Origin: Ranitomeya imitator | Taxonomy: Eukaryota | Direction of reading: 5' to 3' | Assembly (NCBI RefSeq): GCF_032444005.1 | Contig: NC_091284.1 | Location: 667,988,001 to 668,052,000 of the forward strand | DNA length: 64,000 nt | In this document: piece after piece, positions 24,753 to 37,648 of the stretch | Layout of the letters: each line of letters starts with the position of its first letter | Position numbering within the stretch: position 1 is the first letter of the stretch | Translations under genes and position numbers: made by a program | Notes under the pieces: generated by a model | The model's database searches: none | Told to the model about the DNA's origin: nothing | The model's input: the letters and a program-made list of their open reading frames with translations, nothing else

Positions 24753-26447
24753 AGGGGCATCTCCAAGACTCTATACCAATGTGTAGTAGGTGTAATAATA
24801 ATAATATTATTAGCAAATACCTCCTGTTAGAAGTGTAGCATAGTTCTTCTGATTCGCCATGTTGCCTACCATGTGCAGGGCATTGCAGTAGCTTAGGTAT
24901 CCATGGTAACGACCACTAGCACCCAGGGGCGGATTATAATGAGGTCAATCTGGGCGGTAGTCCAGGGCCCAGTGGTGTGGGGGGGCCCTGGGCTACCGCT
25001 CAGATTGACCGCCGCTATCAGGGCATTACTGCCCTGACTGGCGTATTGGCCTGGCGGGCAGAGGGGGCCCGCATTGGGCCCCGTTTCATCTGCTCACCGA
25101 GCCCCTACCGGCGCTGCGGCAATTTAACGCTATTGACGTGCGGGCCCGCGCCCGTATATGGCTGGAGCCAGGAATGAGACACACGAGGGCCAGGATGGGG
25201 GATATTATTACCATAGGGGCTAATTAAAGGATATTATTACTGCAGTGATGTATTTATTTTATTTTTTGAGTATACTGTTTTAAGTTGGGGGGCGGTCCTG
25301 TTACTGTGCAGTGTGACACTATATCGCCTTTTTTTCTTCATGTGGTGTAATGTAGAAGTTGGGAAAAATTAAGTAATGTGTTCTGCAAGCGGAGATGGAG
25401 ATAACTGTTATTTCCTGCAGAGACGAGTCCTGGATGGATGAAGTGATGGCGGTCTGTGCTTGATGAAAGATGAAGGACTTCACCTAGAGACGTCACTGGT
25501 GAGTCAGTGTTACCTATACACTGACACTACACTGTATACTATATAGAGAGGTCCTGTGTATAATGTCACCGGTGATCACTGTATTACCTCTACACAGACA
25601 CTGCATACCAAGTACAGATCTCCTGTGTATAATGGCACTTATGGCGATAGTATTGTGTTTTTTTTTTTTTATTACTGATCTGTATTGTAGTATTCAGTCA
25701 CTATATGGTGGTAATATGTTGTCTGGCCATGGTGTGGTGGTATTTGTCCCTTGTATCTGCTATTTGGTCACTCTGTCATGGTAATATGTGGTCTGGTCAT
25801 GGTGTGGTGGTATTTGTTCTTTGTATGTGATATTATTCAGTCACTGGTGGTAATATGTGGTCTGGTCATGGTGTTGTATTTGTTCCTTGTATGAGATATT
25901 ATTGGTCAATTTAAAAATTGAAAAATAAATAAAAATATACCTAAATTGTATTGCATATTGTAACAAATATTTAATAGGTTACAGTAGCGTAGGGCCTGGC
26001 CAAAAGTGTCTACCATGTTATGGTGGCGGCTTGAAAAAGCTTTTGGCCAAAACAAAAGCTGCCAGTTATATGTGTGATCTGGTGATGGGAACTGTTAATG
26101 TGCGATAGGTGAGAAGTGGAGTTTCACTCAGCAACTATTTTTCTGGAATTATCTGGTTCAGGTATATGATGACCCCGTTACATGACCGGGGGGCCCACAG
26201 AGTCTGAACAGCCCGGGGCTTTGGCTACCCTGGCCTTAATCCACCCCTGCTAGCACCTGTCATTATATGAGTGGTCGTAACCATGGATACCTAAGCTACT
26301 TCAATGCCCTGTACATGGAGGTATGGAGGTATGAGTGACATTGTGAGTCAGAAGAACTATGCTACATTTCTAATTGGAGGTAGTTGCTATTATTATAATT
26401 ACACCTACTACATATTGGGATAGGATCTTGGAGATGGCAATACCCCT
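24753..26447. mobile_element. T2/Kolobok-type MITE interrupted by a hAT element
   Basis: ttaa aggggcatctccaag ... cttggagatggcaatacccct ttaa; inverted arms (cttaggtatccatggt / accatggatacctaag) on either side of the insert. Confidence 0.8.
24924..26249. mobile_element. Non-autonomous hAT transposon
   Basis: TIRs caggggcggatta / taatccacccctg; perfect 8-bp TSD CTAGCACC at 24916-23 and 26250-57. Confidence 0.9.
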
Positions 26448-26650
26448 TTAAATCAAAAGGAGCTTACAAATTGAAAAAGGTAAACAAACACCTTTGCCCA
26501 GTCCATGTTTTATAGATCTGCCCCTGACTATTCCAAAATACGAAGAGAACCAGACAATGTATAATACAATTTGCAAAATAAGTCTTTAAGCACTACAAAG
26601 CCAAAAACAGCCAAAACTCATAAACAAACACAGAAAACTGAATTACTTAC

Positions 26651-26689
26651 CTTTTGATTTAAAAGTGCCTGAACAACATGGTTTGCAAC
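26651..26689 (-). CDS. NCKAP5L: NCKAP5L coding exon 3 (VANHVVQALLNQK)
   Basis: tttcttattatag|GTT ... AAG|gtaagt; 39 nt. Confidence 0.97.
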
Positions 26690-28059
26690 CTATAATAAGA
26701 AACATTGAAATAATTTAAATTAAAAAAAATAATTTCCCAAGTGTCGATATAACAGTAGTCTCAAAATAAAATGGTATAGAGTAACAGTCGTTTGTTAGTC
26801 CACTGTCTGAAAATAATAAAATCCTGTTCAATACATACTTTTCATCAGTCTCACTAATCACAGACGGGATAGGTAACATCTCTGTACAGAATATATTACA
26901 CAGGACCCACTATTCATTATACGCGATGGCACAGCTCACCTCGTAACCCTCCATACACAACGAGATTTGTCCAAATTAGAGCACACTCAAAAAATGCTTC
27001 TATATAAACTGAGTCTGACTTACGGTAAGTCAATTGCTGCTAATGTCATGTGGCTGCTGAAAAGATAAGTACGCAGGAGTCTAATATTGGGCCAGTATAG
27101 GCTATTGAGAAAATGGCAAGATTTTAGTTTATGTAGAGGATATAAAAATAAAAAAAAAATAAAAAAAGTTCAAAAACTTAAACAAAATACATTTAAAAAT
27201 AGAAACTTAATTTAAACAATAGGTTGTTTCTCATGGCATATTTCGTTTATAAGTGTCTATTAGGAATTCTAGCCAAAATGATCATCAAATATTTACATTT
27301 TATAGTTACAAGGTTATTGGTACCTGTCCAAGTTAAAGGGCCTTACTTCCTTCTACTTTGGCCGGGCTCTTGTTTTTGCTAATCCACACCAGTTTACTGT
27401 CACCCAGCAAATACTTCTAATCTGCTCACACAAGGCCTTTTAAGGCCAGCTCAGGCAGCCATGTGCTGTCTGAGTATTCAGGAAGCATAGTTTTCAGCGA
27501 TCACTGTTTAAAAGGTGTTTGCCTAATCCTCTACTTCACTCAGCTATCTAATCATCTCTCCAGAAAACTTCTGCCTGCTATTACTGCAAATACTTTTAAG
27601 CTCAGTCCTGTGAATCTTGGTGGTACTGAACTCTCAAACTATTCTTCTAGAGGTACCCATGACTGTACTAGTCATCTAATATTGCTTCTGTTCACACCAA
27701 TATCTTTGTAAACTAGGCACATAATTATTATTAATATCTACTATTCCTGTGTGTAATCTCATCACTGCAAAGAAGTAACCAGTATGGTTAACCATTTGCC
27801 TGCTGCAACTTCCTGATTGCACCGATCTCAGCCATCATTTATCAGCTGCAGGTCCCGGATTGTCTAGGCATCTACTTTTCCTTTGTATATCCACACATCT
27901 GGCTCTGCTTTATGTGGTGTATCCCGCTCTGCTTGTCTGTCTGCCCTCCTGCTGTCCTTGTCAAGCCACTTGCGGACCCTCAAATATTACTCCACCATCA
28001 CCTTTTGTCTGTGCTGCTCATCCTGACCTACAGCGTACATCATCCACCCCACCGTGTAA

Positions 28060-28806
28060 AGGTACCATCACACAACGATTTCGTTAACGATATCGTTGCT
28101 TTTTGTGACGTAGCAACGATATCGTTAACGAAATCGTTATGCGTGACAGTGACCAACGATCAGGCCCCTGCTGGGTGATCGCTGGTCGCTGCGAATGATC
28201 AGGACCTTTATTTGGTTGCTGATCACCCGCTGTCATCGCTGGATCGGCGTGTGTGACGCCGATCCAGCGATGTGTTCACTGGTAACCAGGGTAAACATCG
28301 GGTTACTAAGCGCAGGGCCGCGCTTAGTAACCCGATGTTTACCCTGGTTACCATTGTAAATGTAAAAAAAAAAAAAAACACTACATACTTACATTCCGGT
28401 GTCTGTCACGTCCCCCGGCATCAGCTTCCCTGCACTGCGTCAGCGCCGGCCGGCTGTAAAGCAGAGCACAGCGGTGACGTCACCGCTCTGCTTTACGGCC
28501 GGCGCTTACACAGTGCAGGGAAGCAGAACGCCGGGGGACGCGACAGACACCGGAATGTAAGTATGTAGTGTTTTTTTTTTTTACATTTACAATGGTAACC
28601 AGGGTAAACATCAGGTTACTAAGCCCGGCCCTGCGCTTAGTAACCCGATGTTTACCCTGGTTACCCGGGGACTTTGGCATCGTTGGTCGCTGGAGAGCTG
28701 TCTGTGTGACCGCTCCCCAGCGACCACACAACGACTTACCAATGATCACGGCCAGGTTGTATCGCTGGTCGTGATCGTTGGTAAATCGTTTAGTGTAACG
28801 GTACCT
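28060..28806. mobile_element. Palindromic AGGTACC-family MITE, full length
   Basis: aggtaccatcacac ... gtgtaacggtacct; nested hairpins; axis TGACGTCA at 28475-82. Confidence 0.9.
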
Positions 28807-30001
28807 AGTCCATAACAGGTAATCTGGTTAAAGAAATGTATCAATTATCTACTGGAAGACTGATAAATGCTTGGTTACTTCCTTCATTTACACAAAGTTT
28901 AAATGGGGCTTGCCGTGTGGATACTTGTCCCATGTTCTACAAACTGGTCATAAAGCTGCAAAGTACCAATTGGTAAGTGTTAGATCAATAGTGTCCAACT
29001 GTATGGACCTCCATCAATATAACTATCAAGTGGGGAAGCAGTAAGTGCGTGGCCGATGTACCACTCAAAGTGCGTACAATGCAAGTGAGGCTCACACTTC
29101 TACAATAATGGCATGTCACTGCACATCAGCTCATGACAATACTTTTCGGTGACTTAATTGATTAATTTTTTTTTCTTTGTGCATTGTGTAATAAAAAAAA
29201 AACATTTCAAATATAAAACTACATAATGGATTCAATTATAATTATAGGCGGGGGTTGTTCATTGTCCAACGTTTACTATCCTAGTAGAGTGCTATGATTC
29301 ATACAAAATTAGGATACTCTGAATAGAATTCAAAAGAAATAAAACTAAAAAACACAATTGTGTCTACAGCTTCAGTTGGCTTAGTACTAATTCTGTGAAC
29401 GTTTCTGTCTAAACTGCCAGCTTTATGCCTCTTACACAATAGATTTACACCATTGCCATCATTTTCGACGTTGAAAATTGTTTGGTTTCACCTGTTCTTT
29501 AGAATTCGGTCATCAGACAACTAAGAGATTGTAGAGTTGTGCTCGTAGTTATATATATATTAACTCTTATCTCAAGGATTTGAATGCCGGACAAGATTTC
29601 TGACATTCCACATGGGTGACACAATAATTGAAGCCAGCCGTGGGCTGTAAAATATTTGCATTCCCGCAGCTGTTTGCAACATACAGCTATCTAAGTATCT
29701 AACCATGACATGGAAAAGCAGCCAATCACGTTTCATAAGCATTGAATTGTACGCCTTGTCCTCTGGCTGCACTCACTGCTCGACTTCACTTTTATACAAT
29801 GTCTTTACATTATAGATGGATACATGACATAAACCAAATCGACAGAAGTCATCAGATCTGTTCAGGTGTGCAAGATACGATTATAGCACATGGATGGCTG
29901 CCACATTACAGGGCTTTTTATTGAATTAAGCATTGATTTCAGTTTTCTGTTGACCCAGTAATAAGAAATTATTGTGCTATACTTGAATGAACAGAACTCA
30001 C

Positions 30002-30070
30002 CTCATCGAGGCAACGTTCATAAGTATCCCGTTGGGTTTCATTGGCTTGCGCGAGAGCGGAGTTTTCAGC
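30002..30070 (-). CDS. NCKAP5L: NCKAP5L coding exon 2 (AENSALAQANETQRDTYERCLDE)
   Basis: ttgtctgttgcag|GCT ... GAG|gtgagt; 69 nt. Confidence 0.97.
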
Positions 30071-30524
30071 CTGCAACAGACAATAAGAGAATTTACACAC
30101 CAGGTAAAAAGAAACAGACAAGTTCATCACCAGCCCATATGGCCCTTATTTAATCAGTGCACATTTCCGCAAGTGCGACCAAAAGGCATAAACCCGAAGT
30201 CATATTAGAGCTAAGCAATAAAACCCTGCTAGCATCTGTCAAGTGAGACCTGGAGAAGTTGAGACGTGAGATTCAAGAGCTCTGTTTCTTTTCACTTCTC
30301 ATGCAATGGTCGTACAGAAGCAGCTTCGGGGGCGGTGGGTGCAGACGGGACAGTTTACAGAGAAGCAGTCAGCACCCACCCCCAAGTTATTGGCAGTAGC
30401 ACATGTATCTGTGTGCTGTCCATTACGTCACGGACCATTTGTCACATTCATTGACATGCACACAATTGGTCCACAACTGGTAAACTCTGTTAGAAAAAAT
30501 AAATCAGGGGAGTGGGCCATTTTC

Positions 30525-30750
30525 TCGCTTATATAGAGTCATCATATTCCGCAGCGCTTTACAGGCATCACTGTCCCCATTGGGGCTCACAATCTAGACT
30601 CCGTATCAGGATGTCCTTGGAGTTTGTGAGGGTTTTCTCCCATAAATGTGGAGAACACGCAAACTCGTTGAAGATGTTGTCATTGGTGGGATTTGAACCC
30701 AGGACCCCAGCACTGCAAAGCAACAGTGCTAACCACTGAGTCATTATGCT
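30525..30750 (-). mobile_element. tRNA-derived SINE with L2-like tail
   Basis: Minus strand: A-box-like ctcagtggttagc, B-box ggttcaaatccc (30688-99), tail tgtaaagcgctgcggaatatg. Confidence 0.75.
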
Positions 30751-31715
30751 GCCAATCAGATATATTAGGTACGTATTCTATATGCAGAAAACAGATTAAA
30801 GATGTACACAAAACTAGGATGATTGATTGGTAGGAGAAATCATCATATCTGTAGGGCCACATGGACCCTAATACTTTAAATGGATTGGTTAATATTCAAG
30901 TTTCAGGAGTACACCTTCTCTGCCTCTCGAATTCCTGCTTGCCATAGGCAGTGCAATCCCAATGAGTGAGAGTTCAGAATTGTGCAGATCTCCCAAACTG
31001 TGCACTTTTTGAAGATGCTAGAAGGGGCAGCTTCATCTCTGCAGCATCGTAAGAATGCACAGACATTGAAGTTGGCCAGATCCAACCATCTGGTTATCTT
31101 CACGGCATCGCATTCATGCTTGTAATCTCAATGCACCTTTCCTAGAAGACCGGCCACCTCTGACAAGGCCACATTAGTGGCTTGTAACTTCGACAACATG
31201 CAGTAAATATAATTAAAAATCCATTCTTGAGGATGGAGAGGATACCTAATAAGGGGTAATAAGCTAGGCCAGGCTCTGATTCATGCTGTTCTTTTTTCCC
31301 TTTAAGAAGGTGAGACAATCCCTTTAAAAAGGTATTGTGTATAATAAATGGAGAAGGTTTATTGAGTGCAAATGCCCTCAGGATGAGATTAAGCGAATAA
31401 TGACTCCGTTCTTGTAGGTAGACGGATACCTGATGAACGATCTACAGGGTTCTTTGGGGAAACTGAAGGTCAAACCTTCTTGATTGTTATGACCATAACA
31501 ATTGAGTTGAATGCGGTGGGAATAAGGGATGTTTCGAAGATTGTTATTCTGTATGGGGATACAACTTTGTTATCCTTTTGCGCAAATGTTTTGAGTTATG
31601 GAAACTAAGAAATTCAATAAAAAAAGATTTGTTTAAAAAAAAAAAAAAAAAAAAAAAAAGGTATTGTGTCAGGTTTGTTATGCTGTCCTGTCTGATTTAA
31701 GTGATCTGTCACATT

Positions 31716-33198
31716 CAATGGGGAAAAAAAAAAAGTATTTGATACACTGCTGATTTTGCAAGTTTTCCCACCTACAAAGAATTGAGAGGTCTGTAATTTT
31801 TATCGTAGGCACACTTCACCTGTGAGAGAATCTAAAAATAAAATCCAGAAAATCACATTGTATGATTTTTACATAATTTGCATTTTATTGTGTGAAATAA
31901 ATGTTTGATACAATAGAAAAACAGAACTTCATATTTGGTACAGAAACCTTTGTTTGCAATTACAGAGGTCAGACGTTTCCTGTAGTTCTTGATCAAGTTT
32001 GCACACACTGCAGCAGGGATTTTGGCCCACTCCTCCATACAGATCTTCTCCAGATCTTTCAGGTTTTGGTGCTGTCGCTGGACAACATTGAGCTTCAGCT
32101 CACTCCAAAGATTTTCTATTGGGGTTAGGACTGGAGACCACTCCAGGACTGTGAAATGATTCTCACAAAGCCACTCCTTAGTTGCCCTGGCTATGTGCTT
32201 TAGGTCATTGTCATTATCGAAGACCCAGCCACGACCCATCTTCCATGCTCTTACCGAGGGAAGAAGGATGTTGGCCGACATCTCACGATACATGACCATC
32301 CTGTCCCCTTTGCAGAAAAACACACCCAAAGTATAATGTTTCCCCCACCATGCTTCACGGTTAGGACGATGTTCTTGGGGTTGCACTCCTCCTTCCTCCA
32401 AACACTGTGAGTGGATATAAAAAAGTTCTCATTTGACCACATGAACTTCTCCCATTCTTCCTTTGACTCATCCAGATTGTCATTGGTGAACTTCAAACGG
32501 GCCTTGACGTGCTGGCGTGCGCACGGGGACCTCATTTGAGACTGTGTTCCCAGCTCTTTTCAGGTCATTGACCAGGTCCTCCCTTGTAGTTGTGGGCTAA
32601 TTCCTGACCTTTCTGAGAATCATCCTTACCCCACGAGGCGAGATCTTGCATGGAGCCCCACACTGAGGAAGATTGAAAGTCATCTCGTGTTTCTTCCATT
32701 TTCTAATAATTGTACCAACACTTGTTGCCTTCTCACCAAGCCGCTTGCCTACTGTCCTGTAGCCCATCCCAGTCTTGTGCAGGTCTATAATTTTGTCCAT
32801 GGTGTCCTTAGACTGCTCTTTGGTTTTGGCCATGGTGGAGAGGTTGGAGTGTGATTGATTGAGTGTGTGGACAGGTGTGTTTTATACAGGAGTTCAAACA
32901 TGCGCAATTAATACAGGTAATGAGTGCAGAGTAGGAGGGCTTCTTAAAGAAAAACTAACAGGTGTGTGAGAACCAGAATTCTTGCTGGTTGGTAGGTGAT
33001 CTAATACTTATTTCACGCAGTAACATGCAATTTAATTGTGAAAAAAAATCATAAAATGTGATTTTCTGGGCTTTATTTTTAGATTCTATCTCTCACTGTT
33101 GAAGTATACCTACGATAAAAATTACAGACCTCTCCATTCTTTGTAAGTGGGAAAACTTGCAAAATTGTCAGTGTATCAAATACTTATTTTCCCCACTG
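31716..33198 (-). mobile_element. Tc1 (Sleeping Beauty/Tcb1-like) transposon, decayed
   Basis: ~200-bp TIRs (ca(g)tggggaaaa..aagtatttgatacactg); frameshifted transposase 31853-32833 ([11 protein letters not shown]..., [21 protein letters not shown]). Confidence 0.92.
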
Positions 33199-33880
33199 TA
33201 TGTGTTAAGGTGAATCAGTTTTTGAAAACTTGCATAATAATCTGTGCAATGCAAGCAATCTGGAGTCTGATTTATATCATGATATACAGGCTCTTCCCAT
33301 GCTCCAGCCAATGATTGACAGATTTCTCCTTAATACAGGACGCAGGAAAAATTCTGTCAATCTATATATAAAGCAGGGATAATTGAGCCTAGATATCCTC
33401 GATGTACAACAGACTCCTTGTTGCCAGCAGCTGCTGCCCACTGCAAAGATTACACAGCAAGTTCTCAAAAACGGATTCATATTCACACAAGAGGCCGAGC
33501 ACTGAAATCTGTGTGTATTATTACCTTATACTGCCCTCGGAGAAGATGGAATAACAGTCCTGACATGTTCACTACCAATCTTTTTCTCTTCTCCCTGAAG
33601 TTATTTTTCCATCAATATGGTTCACTCCAGCTTCAATAATGCAATATTATGTAATGTTTGTGCATTATTTCAAGCCATTCATTATGGTTAGATAGACTTG
33701 CTTTCTCCTCTCTTTTGTGCCCTTAGCTGACATTTTTATTCATTCAATTTTGGGTAGATATGAAGTTTTGATTACCCTTTATTGCATTTTATTGATTACG
33801 AATCGGATTAATTTACTTTATGTTTTGATAGATCTGATATTTGGGAAAGTAGCAATAACAAATGTGTATTTTGTATTTAA

Positions 33881-34281
33881 GGCCGGGGTCATACTTGCGA
33901 GTGTGATGCAAGAAACTACCCGGCACTGCCACCGGCACTCGGGATCGGAGAATTCAGCTGCATAGGAATACATGCAGCCGCGCACACGGTCCCGAGTGTT
34001 GGCGGCAATGCCAGGTATTGATCCGATCGCTTGTGCTACACATAACAGGGCTTCAGCCCTGCTATGTGTAGCGCAAATCATGATCTCTGTCAAGCATTCA
34101 CAAGAGATTTATGGCTGTTATTACAACCCATCGGCTCCCCGTGATCACATCTCAGGGGCACCGATGGGTGGATCTTGTGACGCGCTTCCGCCTAGCGCAT
34201 GTTAAATGCCGCTGTCTGAGATGTGCAGGGAAAAATGTGGACTCTGCAACGGAGCACGCATCAAAATGGAGGGACACGGCC
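33881..34281. mobile_element. MITE, degenerate (GGCC termini)
   Basis: taa ggccggggtcatacttgcg start, related to the 37181 copy; internal inverted cggcactcgggatcgg / cggtcccgagtgttgg. Confidence 0.55.
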
Positions 34282-34470
34282 TTGGAAGTACCAATACGTC
34301 CAAGGTTGAGAAGGGGGTCAAAGCCCCAATACATAGTGATGACAAAACCTATTGATCATCTTGAGTTCGCACCTATAAGCTTACATTATATAAAATATTT
34401 GCCATTTGTTCAGCCCAAGTGTAATCTACTAAAAAATAAATTTAACACAGTTTTTGTACAATTTTTACGC

Positions 34471-34477
34471 GTATGTG

Positions 34478-34546
<69 letters not shown>

Positions 34547-34560
34547 ATGTATGTGTATAT
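34471..34560. repeat. (TG)n microsatellite
   Basis: Directly visible. Confidence 0.95.
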
Positions 34561-34745
34561 ATAGCATAGAGCAAATGTCACTGGCAATTGCTACCTGAGG
34601 CAGAAAATAAAATCCACGAATAAACTAAACAAAATGAACACATACCCTATAGTACGTAATTACATAGTAAGTGCATGTAAATGACGTGGAGCTACTTCGT
34701 TAACACTTGATTAAAAAAACCAAGTATTCCCAGAACACCCCTCAC

Positions 34746-34844
34746 CTCCAATTCCCGCAATCTCTCCAGAAGCTCCTGAATGACCAGTGGTTCAGACACC
34801 CCCCCACCAAGGAGCCGGATCTCTTCCTCCACCTCAGAAGTCAT
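34746..34844 (-). CDS. NCKAP5L: NCKAP5L first coding exon (exon 34746-34847; MTSEVEEEIRLLGGGVSEPLVIQELLERLRELE)
   Basis: cctctgttttcag|AGA ATG ... TTG GAG|gtgagg; QELLxRLRELE matches the NCKAP5/5L N-terminus. Confidence 0.92.
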
Positions 34845-35500
34845 TCTCTGAAAACAGAGGATACACCCAAGTTAAGTAGTGATTGACATTTGGTGTGTAG
34901 GCAAAACAATACCCAACTATAGACATTCAAAACAATGGGAACAAAACAATAAGTCATTTGATACGGTCAGGAATAGAAATCCTGGGTAACATATCCATTA
35001 AGACAGAGACTTGGATCTGAAAATACCAAATGTCACATGTAAACCTGAGATATACGTGTTAAAGAATTTCCTGCCATCTGTAACCTTTAGCATAGCTAAA
35101 CAAAGGAAAATACATTCAGAGAAACTATACAACTGTGTTCTCTTTTGGCTAATAGTAAGTGGCAAGTCTAGTCACCCAGGTGGCCTACTGTGGGTGAAAT
35201 TACCCAGTTTGCAGTGTTACACCCAATTTTCTTGTATTGATGCCATTCTGGGTTGTGATGGTGTGATATGCTATGTGGGTATCATTTTTGTGTATATTTC
35301 TATTTTACTTATTTTCATGGTGTTCTCTCGTAGGAGGAGTTATTTGCTAATTGATGAATGGCTGTTGCTGCCATCTGATATCAGCCCCCACAGTACAGTA
35401 TTGTTTGCTAATATGCTAATGACATGTTGACCTAGCTTGTTGAAACAATGAGCCCTTGAGACCTTCCCCCTCCTGACCTGTGAATGAGGAGGGAGACTTA

Positions 35501-36192
35501 AGGTACTATCACAAATAACGATATCGTTAACGATATCGTTATGCGTGACAGCGACCAACGGTCAGGCCCCTGCTGGGAGATCGTTGGTCACTTGGGAAAG
35601 TCCAGAACTTTATTTAGTCGCTGGATCTCCCGCAGATATCGCTGAATCGGCGTGTGTGACACCGATTCAGCGATGTCTTCACTGGTAACCAGGGTAAACA
35701 TCGGGTTACTAAGCGCAGGGCCGCGCTTAGTAACCCGATGTTTACCCTGGTTACCAGTGTAAATGTAAAAAAAAAAAAAAAAACACTACATACTTACATT
35801 CCGGTGTCTGTCCCCTCGCCGTCAGCTTCCCGCACTGACTGCGAGCGCCGGCCGGCCGTAAAGCACAGCGGTGACGTCACCGCTCTGCTTTACGGGCAGC
35901 CGGCGCTCACAGTCAGTGCAGGAAGCAGAGCGCCGGGGGACAGACACCGGAATGTAAGTATGTAGTGTTTGTTTTTTTTTACATTTACACTGGTAACCAG
36001 GGTATACATCGGGTTACTAAGCGTGGCCCTGCGCTTAGTAACCCAATGTTTACCCTGGTTACCCAGGGACTTCGCATAGTTGGTTGCTGGAGAGCTGTCT
36101 GTGTGACAGCTCTCCAGCAACCACACAGCGACGCTGCAGCGATCGGCATCTTTGTCTAGATCGCTGCAGCGTCGCTAAATGTGACGGTACCT
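35501..36192. mobile_element. Palindromic AGGTACC-family MITE
   Basis: TTA aggtactatcaca ... tgtgacggtacct TTA; axis TGACGTCA at 35872-79. Confidence 0.9.
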
Positions 36193-36195
36193 TTA

Positions 36196-36588
36196 GGCTA
36201 CTTTCACACAAGCGTTGTTTTCAATACGTCGCAATGCGTCGTTTAGGGGAAAAAAACGCATCCTGCAAAGTTGTCTGCAGGATGCGTTTTTTCCCCATAG
36301 ACTAACATTAGTGACGCATCGTGCGACTGTTGCGCCGTGTTGTGGCAGACCGCCGGCAGCAAAAAAACTTTACATGTAACGTTTTTTGCTGCGCTGTGTC
36401 CGCCATTTCCGACCGTGCATGCGTGGCCGGAACTCCGCCCCCGCCTCCCCGCACCTCACAATGGGGCAGCGGATGCGCTGGAAAAATGCATCCGCTGCCC
36501 CCGTTGTACGGCGCTTTCACTGCTTGCGTCGGTGCGCAACAACGTCACATAGCGAGGTGCAGTGCACGACGCAAGTGTGAAAGTAGCC
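36196..36588. mobile_element. MITE (Harbinger-like, TTA TSD) abutting the previous element
   Basis: TTA ggctactttcacac ... gtgtgaaagtagcc TTA. Confidence 0.88.
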
Positions 36589-37180
36589 TTAAAATATCAG
36601 GGAGGTGAGACACAGATCAGTCTTGTGTGGAATGATGACGTGAACACAGCACGTCAGAGAGAAGGGGAAGCATATGGACCATTTTTTATCCTCTGTCTGC
36701 TGGATTATTGGACTCCTCTCCTTGGACATTTATCCGGTTACTGAACTGCATTCGGCTTCTGGACTATCCTATCCTTTGTGTGGTGGATCGTATATGGACC
36801 TTTCGTGTTTTTGCCTAAATAAAGCTTTTGGAATTGTTCACTTTTCTCTTGCTCTGTTGATTGTGTGGTATCGGAGAAGGACCCTGTGACATGGATGATC
36901 ATGTGAATGAAGCCAACGGTCATACTGGCTTTTCTCATCCCTCTCAAAAACAGATTTAACTTAGAATATAATGTAAAAAAAAAAAAAACTTGACAGAAGA
37001 AGACAAGAACTTCTAGTTACTGATCATTTTTCAATTTTAGGTGGAAACTAACAAATTCTATCTTTCATTCCCTATGCCAGAGTACATGGCAGTTTTGCAG
37101 GGTCACTTTAATTTTACCGCCAAAGCCTAAAGAACATACCTCTGGTTAGTGTTTTAGCAGTAGTAAGACTGACAAAGTAA

Positions 37181-37648
37181 GGCCGGGGTCACACTGGCGA
37201 CTTAAACGGACGAGTGCAATACGATTAAAAATCGCATTGCACTCGGACCAATGTTAAGCTAGGGGGCAGATCCCAGCAGCCGAATTTTTGTCCGCCGTTT
37301 TCCTTGGTCCGAGACAATCGCAGCATGCTGCGATTGTCACGGACACTCGGCCGACTGTCGGCTCACTCGCACCCATATAAGCCTATGGGTGCGAGTGAGA
37401 CAGCGCACACTACTCGGATACCATCCGAGTGATGTGCGTTAAACGCAGACCCCGGCAATGGAGGACATGGAGAAATTAATTTCTCCGCCTCCTCCGCAGC
37501 TGTGCTCCGATCCTCCCTGTGCGAGAGAATCGGATCACAGACGCATGACACTCGGCTCCTGCTCGCAGCAGAGCAGGAGCCGAGTGTCATTAGCATATCA
37601 CATCCGATACTCTCGCAACGGATGCAATACGCTAGTGTGACCCCAACC
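37181..37648. mobile_element. MITE (TAA TSD)
   Basis: TAA ggccggggtcacactggcg ... cgctagtgtgaccccaacc TAA. Confidence 0.8.

Larger units (their letters stand above)
35031..36891 (+). mobile_element. Possible old solo LTR, split by two MITEs
   Basis: TGTCACA...TGTGACA termini; AATAAA ~70 bp before the end. No matching TSD found. Confidence 0.4.
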
